The position numbers were made by a program, and so were the translations under genes. Of a stretch of 64,000 bases of DNA, positions 55,236 to 64,000 are shown piece after piece (the first letter of the stretch is position 1; each line of letters begins with the position of its first letter). This DNA is from Eledone cirrhosa (Eukaryota): assembly GCA_964016885.1 (NCBI GenBank), contig OZ024742.1, positions 79,236,001 through 79,300,000 on the forward strand, read 5' to 3'. Below the pieces are notes generated by a model. That model did no database searches. It was not told the DNA's origin and saw only the letters and a program-made list of their open reading frames with translations.

Positions 55236-55537
55236 GTGAGTCTGCTTCTGAGATGTTTTCACACGTAAACACACACACACCAGACACACACACCACACAC
55301 ACACACACCAGACACACACACCACGCACACACACACCAGACACACCACACACCAGACACACACACCAGACACACACACCAGACACACCACACACCAGACA
55401 CACACACCAGACACACACACCAGACACCCACACCAGACACACCACACTCGTTCACACATAAACACTTTCACAATCTATACATTTATCAGCTCTTCAAATA
55501 TTTCTATTTTCTGTATATTTCTCAAGCCTGTATGCAA

Positions 55538-55594
<57 letters not shown>

Positions 55595-55681
55595 AAACTC
55601 ACAGACGTACACACACACACAGCCATACAGACACACACACACAGAGACAGACAGACACACACACAGAGACACACATACACA

Positions 55682-55731
<50 letters not shown>

Positions 55732-55887
55732 CTCACAGACACATACACATACATACACACACACATATACACACACACACAGACAGACACACACACACAT
55801 ACTCAGACACAGACACACACACACAAACACACATATGTGTATATATATATATAGAGAGAGAGAGATAGATAGATATAAACATATACG

Positions 55888-55931
<44 letters not shown>

Positions 55932-55938
55932 CACTGTC

Positions 55939-55993
<55 letters not shown>

Positions 55994-56570
55994 CGCACAT
56001 GCACACACATATATATATATATATACGCATGCACACACGGGGGGGGGGGGGAGGGGGGAGAGTAAGGGAGTTCAAAATGAATAAAAACAAAAAAACAAAA
56101 AACAAAAAGAAATAAATATCAACTGAGACATTCGTCTTTCATATTGAAGATTTCAGATATATATAGGGTTATAGAAACTATTATTGTTGTTGTTAATGTT
56201 TCTTAATTTATGTTTTTGTTTTTAGTCCCAAATGCTATTTAACCGATGGCCTTTTCGCTTGTTGCTTATCTTTTGACAAAATCTAAATCTGTTGAAAAAA
56301 ATATCCTTACTAAATCTGTTTTTACTGACCTTTTAAAGAAACCGAATGACCTAAGATGGCGGGGAGATAACTGTCATATCATAATGGCGAATGTATTGGT
56401 GCGTAGTTTTGAAAGTTTTTGTGTTTTGTGGAGAAGGTGTTGTTTCTTTATCGTTGTTATAGTTATTTCTTTTGTTAATAGTGGTCGTGGCCGTAGGCAA
56501 AATGCAGATAAACATTTTTCAATTTATATATATATCATGTAACTATGCGTTACATACGTACACACACCAG

Positions 56571-56654
<84 letters not shown>

Positions 56655-56708
56655 CGTGTCTGTGGGCGTATTCGTGTATATGTATGCGTGTATATATGTA
56701 TGTATATA

Positions 56709-56739
<31 letters not shown>

Positions 56740-56839
56740 GCATGTACATACAGACACAGACCCCCCCCCACACACATATATATATATATAAATATGTGTG
56801 GGTGTATTTAATGTATATATATATTGTTATATATATATG

Positions 56840-56885
<46 letters not shown>

Positions 56886-56907
56886 CATACATATATACAT
56901 ATAATAA

Positions 56908-57023
56908 TAATTGTTTCTACTTTTGGCACAAGGCCAGCAATTACACAGTGCATTACTGGTACTTTATTTTATCGACCCCGTAAGGATGAAAGGCAAAGTT
57001 AACCTCGGCGGGATTTGAACTCA
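56908..57023 (-). mobile_element. Family A SINE, 5'-truncated at the B box
   Basis: Family match; (TAA)n on both sides. Confidence 0.85.
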
Positions 57024-57429
57024 AATAATAATATTATAATAATATTATTTATAGTTATGTATACACTATATACAACTATAAACAGGAAATGTCAGTAATT
57101 CACTACTACCTTATTACCAGTAAGAAAAATAGCTCAATGTAAATACATTAGATGTTTTACAGAGCAGGAATATAAATTACAAAAGCTATGTCAAAATCAT
57201 TTTATTGCTGACACTCGTTTCTCCTATTTAACTGAACAATAGGTAAGGGAAAAAATGTTGTAAAAGGTATGCGATGAGATCTAGATAAGAGTGAACTGAG
57301 TAAAGGATAAAGGTGGTGGGTGTGTATGTGTAAAGGGTAAGGTAGAAAGTAGTGGGGAATATAAGTCAACGGAAAACATTTTTATAATAGGAATAAAATA
57401 ATAAATATAAGGAGATATAGAAGGAGATG

Positions 57430-57767
57430 AGGGAGGAAAAGTATATATGGGTAAGAAATGTGAGTTCAGAGAGTAATAATATTCGTAGTGAGGGGAAGGC
57501 GTAATGAGTAAAGAAGAAGCGGAAGGTGGTTGAATCAATTTAGAATTCTCCAAAATTTGAAAGCCCCTTCCACTTGCCTCAACTGCAAGATCGAGATCTT
57601 CAGATGTTGTTCACATCTGAAATCGCATCTACTTTTTAACTGGATTCATATTCCTACGATGATTCAACCACATTGAGCTTCTTCTTTACTCATTACGCCT
57701 TCCACTCACTACGAATATTATTACTCTCTGAACACACATTTCTTACCCATATATACTTTTTCTCCCT
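57430..57767. repeat. ~105 bp inverted repeat (fold-back)
   Basis: 57431-57537 versus 57660-57766, near-identical reverse complements. Confidence 0.85.
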
Positions 57768-59099
57768 TTAAAATTCATTATATACACACACACACTGACA
57801 CATACGTCTGTGTGTGAATATATGTAAATGTAAAGAGACATAAAGAAAGAAAAATGTATATATATATATACCTATATTGAGAGAGAGAGAACGAGAGAGA
57901 GCGAGAGTGAGATCCTATGAAGCATTGTGAACTATGTGGTTAGCATTTGATGGGGGAAAGCTAGTTCAATGCAAGTTAGAAATAAAAGAGTGAAATTTAG
58001 ATTAAAGTAAGACGAAAAAATCAAACGTTTATATGTTTGCTTCTTATTTGCTGATATTCCGATCCTTTACTGAAAAAAAGAAAATGTAGTGTGACAGTGA
58101 TAGAGAGCTGAGCTGTTGCTTATGTAGATATTTTTCGGATGGGTGGTGATATATGCAGGCTGGTTCAGGTAAATCACACCTTCTCTTAATGAAAGGCTTT
58201 AATCTATTGATGAAGATATCCTACCTGATTCAATGCTTCTTGGAAAGGGGTGGGGGCTATGGTGACATTAATATGTTGAACGAAACATTTTTATAGGTGT
58301 TTTTTAACAGAAAAAGCATTTGCGTTGATTTGTTGCGGTACATGAATATGTAGTTGGCAGACAATACTTCAAATATATGAGCCAGTACATTTATTGTATA
58401 CAACATGTTATCTGAGACATGTATTCAAATGCTTATAAGGCAGTTTGTCAGTTTGCTAAATTTTGTTGTTGTATGATGTTCGATCATTGAACAGGAATTT
58501 CTTTAGTGTCAACCCAGATAAACTATTTATATACTATCCCATATTCCTTCGGATGGCTTGACAGATTGCAATGGTGGTCCTTTCACGAAAGAGTGTTAAT
58601 TCATGTTAGAACTTACAGTCAATTAGGGTGGCGTATTGGCATCCTAGTTGTTAGTAAAGATGCTGCGTGGCTGTTTTTCACCGGCCTCTAGAACTCTTTA
58701 GTGATAGTACTTTTATCCATACCCTCATTACATCTGTTTCAGAGAGATCTACTTCTGTACACAGGCCGATATGATTCTGGTGGGTATGGCTGGATCGTAG
58801 TGTACGACTAATCCATTACGTGTTGCCTTCTTCGATTATTTGGGACAACGTCTCTATGATTTTTGAATTGGGAATGGAGTAGGGAGAGGGATCCAGTGTT
58901 GTCAGGAACACTTATCTTCAAAGGTATGTATATTACTTATCTGCAAGTATGTATAGTACATGTGGAATACCAACAATTCGTGAATGTCTGTGGCTGTGAA
59001 ACAGAGTCAATTAAAATTTTCGGCGGAGTTGATACGATCGATTGTTAAGTTGATGGCTTAGAAGATACGGCTGATCCGTAGAAGGGCAAATAATGTTTA

Positions 59100-59400
59100 A
59101 CATAAATGGGCATCTATTGTGTCAAAGTGTAGAGAGTTGAGATCTTTCATTGAACAAGCCACTCGTCGACTAGTGGACCAGTTCGCCGAATATCTCCGGG
59201 ACATCCAGCTCGGCAAGCAGTCTCCAGTCACTCGAGATTTCCGCTCTGCCAGCCATTCCACCCATAATCTCACTGTTTTCAGTTTAGTTGCTTGCACTGG
59301 AGCCTCCGCCAAATACCTGAGATCAGAGCAGCGGACTATTTTCCTCTTCAGACCTGGAGTGGAAACGGCCTTAATACTCCACCCTCTTCCTTTAGCCCTT
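59100..59400 (+). pseudogene. Degenerate GIY-YIG endonuclease (PLE)
   Basis: C..C...FI.Q..RRLVDQFAEYLRDI.....PV...F....H...L.VF...EQRTIF. Confidence 0.7.
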
Positions 59401-60319
59401 TTTATCACCCACATCTCCCACCAACACACGCACACTACTACTTCACCAATACATCCACACACACCAACATAACTAATTCCTCATTTAAACCTATAAGACC
59501 TTGATACACATCTAACCCCACTATCGGTATAAAATAACTAACGAAACACTAACCAATAATTATTAACTACTTCTTCTTATTACATTCACACTATGCTCTT
59601 TTACCACAAATACACATGCACACATTGCTACTACAGCTTCCATCTTAAACCCCTTCCATTCTGCCTGCACCACAACAAGCCCACTCCTCTCGATCCTCCT
59701 TGACCACAACCTCTTCTAGCCACTTCCTGAAACAGCAACGTTCTGACAACACGCACGGTGTACCAGGACATTTACGAAACTCATTCGGACACACACGTGT
59801 ATATTCGCATACACACACGCTCTTACACAGACATACACACACACCCATATATAATCATATACACACATAGACTTACCTGTACATACATGCACAAAAACAC
59901 ATAAGATAATTCAGACACACACATGTAGATACACAGGCACACACACTCATTCAAAAACATAAACACACACACAGGACTTCAACCACAGAGAGAGAATAAT
60001 GCATCCCAACGAAATGCAGTCCATCTGCACAATCATAGCCTGGACTCTCCATCTCGGCCCCAACTCCCGAATGCCGCATTACTCGCCTACCACTCCAAGG
60101 CCTTAAAAACGCTTTTCCAAACTTCGATGTTCCAGCCTTGTCTCTCTCTCTCCGAAGGTTCCATTTCCCGAAGAAGGACTTATGTCCAAAGTGCCGAACC
60201 CTCTTCTACATCCAACTAAACGTGATATTACTGATATTACTAAAAATATGTGTTTTTGCATCCTTGTGTTTGTGTTGTCATTTCTTTAACTATACACACA
60301 CACGCATATATATATAAGC

Positions 60320-60351
<32 letters not shown>

Positions 60352-60639
60352 ATATAGTTGGCGCAGTCTATATAATTACGATAATATTTGATCATTATAA
60401 TAGTTGAACAAATTGGTATCAATGGTGACGGTACAATTGAACAAAGGCACCCGGAGGAATCAAACCACGTATTTGTTTAACTATTATTTTCGCTATCTAC
60501 ATTGTGGCAACTATATTTCCAAATTTCAAAATTCCCAATGTTTTCACCGACACACCAACACACACATCCCCACATACACACTCATATCTCTTCACGTACA
60601 CATACATATGTATAAATATAATGAAACAATATTGGTTAG

Positions 60640-61350
60640 ATTCATTTATTTATGGTCTATAAGACGGTATATATTGTTATATATGATTTTTAGTTTAGAG
60701 GACAATTACTTCATGTACGATGAAACAGCAAACCGACGAAAATCAGAAACAAATATGTGAATAATTGTTGCACCAACATATGCCAAACGTGTCATATGAT
60801 GCGATGAACAATCTATGAACAATCCTCGTATATGTATGGACAAACATTCAGCTGTTAAATATATAAAAACAGTAAAAGATTTCTGGATGATTGCTTGATC
60901 TTGTGGAGGAAACAAATCTTGATAAATTGAGCGATTTTCAAAATCGTAGCCGTAATATGACTCCTCCAACCCCACATCGACTTCACTATGAAGTTCAATA
61001 AGGAAACACGCTTCTTCTTAAATATACTGGTAAAAATAAGAAACATAAAACTAGAAACTGCTATATACTTCAAACCTACAAACCCCGACAATACCTCTCT
61101 TTTGCATCATCGCACCCATACCCGCAGCAACATTCCATCCTATTTATCTAAGAGAATCTGCACAATAATCTCAATCCCAAAAGCAAGACAAGAAAAGAAG
61201 AGAAAGTACTCAGCAAGAGGATATAGCCCCTAAATCTACTCAATAATACAGAAAAAGAAAGTCAAATTAAGACTGAGTAACAACGAAAACAAAATCTGAC
61301 AATGAAAATTATTTATACCCTATAATACAATCTCTGATCCAAAGAACGCA
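60640..61350 (+). pseudogene. Degenerate PLE reverse transcriptase fragment, related to 44570-45505
   Basis: NYF, APTYA, FLNILVKI....LETAIYFKPT, HTRSNIPSYLSKRICTIIS. Confidence 0.75.
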
Positions 61351-61413
61351 GAAATACAGATACACATCCAATTAAACTTACCAATTTTAAACACACACAC
61401 ACACGCACGCACG

Positions 61414-61521
<108 letters not shown>

Positions 61522-62698
61522 TATTCGCGTAAATGTATAAACTTATATTCCTGCATGTCAGACTTTAGAACTAACAAATTATGTTTTTTTCTCAGTTAAC
61601 TTTATTTAAATATTCTTTTAAGATTCAAAACATGATTTTGTTTCATTTTGTAATTTTTTGCTAACTGTAATAAACAACAAAAAACCCACCAAACAAACAA
61701 ACGAAAACAACCAACCAAACAAAACTGTAAGCATCAGAAATAAATAACATACATATCAGAGAAAAGAGTAAAATGATTATGATAGAAAAATAGAAATATG
61801 AATAAAAGAAGATACAATGGAAAAGGCAGGGTGTTTTATCACAGGAAAAACTTTATACATTATTCGTCGAATATGGAAATGCAAGCAGACAATATAACAA
61901 AAGAGTATTCAGAAAGAAAGAGTCATAAAAATGTCTGACATATATATTCATAGACCTCACACTATTTTATTCAAGATCTCTCAATATCTTTTTCGCTCCC
62001 CCCCCCCCCCCCCCTTTGAATATATACACACGCGCACACATTCGTGAAATCAATGTGTACGTTGACATTCGTGCATATTCATACAATGGCTTGTCAGAGC
62101 TTTTTTCAAATGCATATCCATACATGTCAATACACCGTTTGTGTGTTGTCAACATCTAAAATACAATCACGGCATGCAGGGGAGAAAACTCCAGTAATAT
62201 CAATTGAAACAAATTTGAGAAATAGTAGCAGTGTATTAAGAAATGCCCAGAGCTTGGTAGATAACACTTGAAAGCAACGGACATATTCTCCTCAGTTTAG
62301 ATATGAAAAAAAAGAGAGTATATACGCATATTGAGTATATATGCACGTTTGTGTACGTGCGCATACACTCAAACACATACAATCGCGCATACACATATAC
62401 ACACATACACACACACAAATATACATATATGACATAGAGGTGGACCATAACGCACGAGAGTACTCAATATTTAGGGTAGTAGAGTGGGTAATAAGAACAG
62501 CGTTAAGACCCCGACGGCTGAGCTCCGGCCGTTTCGGCAGCTAGACAACAAGTTCGGATCTAGCCGTTGAAACGGCCGGAGCTCAGACGTCGGGGTCTTG
62601 ATTCTTTTCTTATATATATTTATATATATATCTTGACTGTTACTCATTCACGCACTCAGTATGTATATCGCTTTTTCCACATTACAAACACACACACA

Positions 62699-62780
<82 letters not shown>

Positions 62781-63144
62781 GAGAGAGAGAAGGGAAGAAA
62801 AGAGTCAGACAGACATACACATTATAAGAGAAATTCTGACGTATCACAGCCATAGAAATTATTATAAATTACTTCTATACATTAGGAACTATAACATCCT
62901 GGAAGATTTTCATAGAATACTTCTGTCAAAGATCTTTAATTCTAAGTAATCTAAAAAAATATATATATCATTTTAAAAATAGCATCACCACCTACAACTT
63001 TGCTTTTGGAAAGCTTTTAATAAGAGTGAAAGATTTCAAAGGTATGTCAGACAGTCAATGTATTGAAATATACTTAAACTCCGACCTATAGTCGGACATA
63101 TAATAAAATACAATTTCAAATAGTAGAAATTTAGTATTGTTCAT

Positions 63145-63267
<123 letters not shown>

Positions 63268-64000
63268 ATATAAAGAGACTTTTCCTACAATATCGAACGT
63301 TAATCTTATATATATCTTCATTTTACAGCCTTGTATACACACACACACACATTTGTATGTGTGTGATATGTGTATATATATATGTATACACACGTAGATA
63401 TATATGTACATATACATACATGTATACACACATATATGCATTTATACATATTTATTAATGTATATATATATGTGTGTGTATGTATATCCACTACATATAT
63501 ATATATGTGTGCGTGTGTGTGTATGTATTCAGCATGTGAGATTTGAAATAAGAAAAAGTAAAGGATATATGTAAATAGTAATATTTCTTATCTTATCTGT
63601 ATTTATTATGAATGAACTGTTTAAGTACGCAAGCAGACATATACGTGCATGTGTACGTCGTTGTATTTATATATCGTCTGCCTTATTCATTTAATATTGC
63701 AGATTACGCTCACCAGAAATATAAGATTTAAAAAAAAAAAACTTTCTTAGCGACTTCCTGATAACCATTATACTTGATACATTTGATAGAACATAATAAC
63801 ATAGATACAGGGGACAACAACGGAGTATCTATCGACTATGACACCAACTGAGTATAGAAACAAGTGACTGGAAACAGGACGGTATGTGGCACAGGGAAGT
63901 TGTGTAAATGGTAGTGCAAGATGGAGGGTGATATAATAAATATTTATAAAAATATTAAGTGTTGAAATGAGAGAAGAGTATACAACTGTCTTTTCTCTTT

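Noticed and set aside
53370-55455. 691 aa and 674 aa minus-strand ORFs
   Set aside because: Translations of a stop-free minisatellite, open in several frames with no domain content
57540-57610. Minus-strand CTGAAGA between the inverted arms
   Set aside because: No correctly placed GAAA, helix III or helix I
60160-60200. CCGAAGA A GGAC TTAT GTCC hammerhead-like half
   Set aside because: GAAA box and cleavage site are missing

Overview
AT-rich, microsatellite-saturated animal DNA; the tRNA-derived SINE families and (TA)n/(CA)n load suggest a cephalopod (octopus-like) genome, which is an inference. No host protein-coding exon is supported, and most ORF-track entries are microsatellite artefacts. 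The window is a transposon graveyard: L1/Tx1-type LINE fragments, R4/Dong-type restriction-like-endonuclease LINEs, an RTE LINE with an internal inversion, Helitron fragments, mariner and hAT MITEs, about 20 copies of one tRNA-SINE, a 1.75 kb G-rich minisatellite and many Penelope-like (PLE) remnants, including an RT-thumb/GIY-YIG ORF boxed by ~0.9 kb inverted repeats. The main hidden signal, read by eye, is about a dozen type I hammerhead ribozyme motifs on both strands. Most have the palindromic helix III typical of PLE/retrozyme hammerheads, and several carry recurrent non-canonical cores (U10.1-U11.1, CCGANGA, CUGCUGA). Two sit in ORF-less 430-483 bp units with terminal direct repeats (candidate circular-RNA retrozymes), and two form a back-to-back palindrome.
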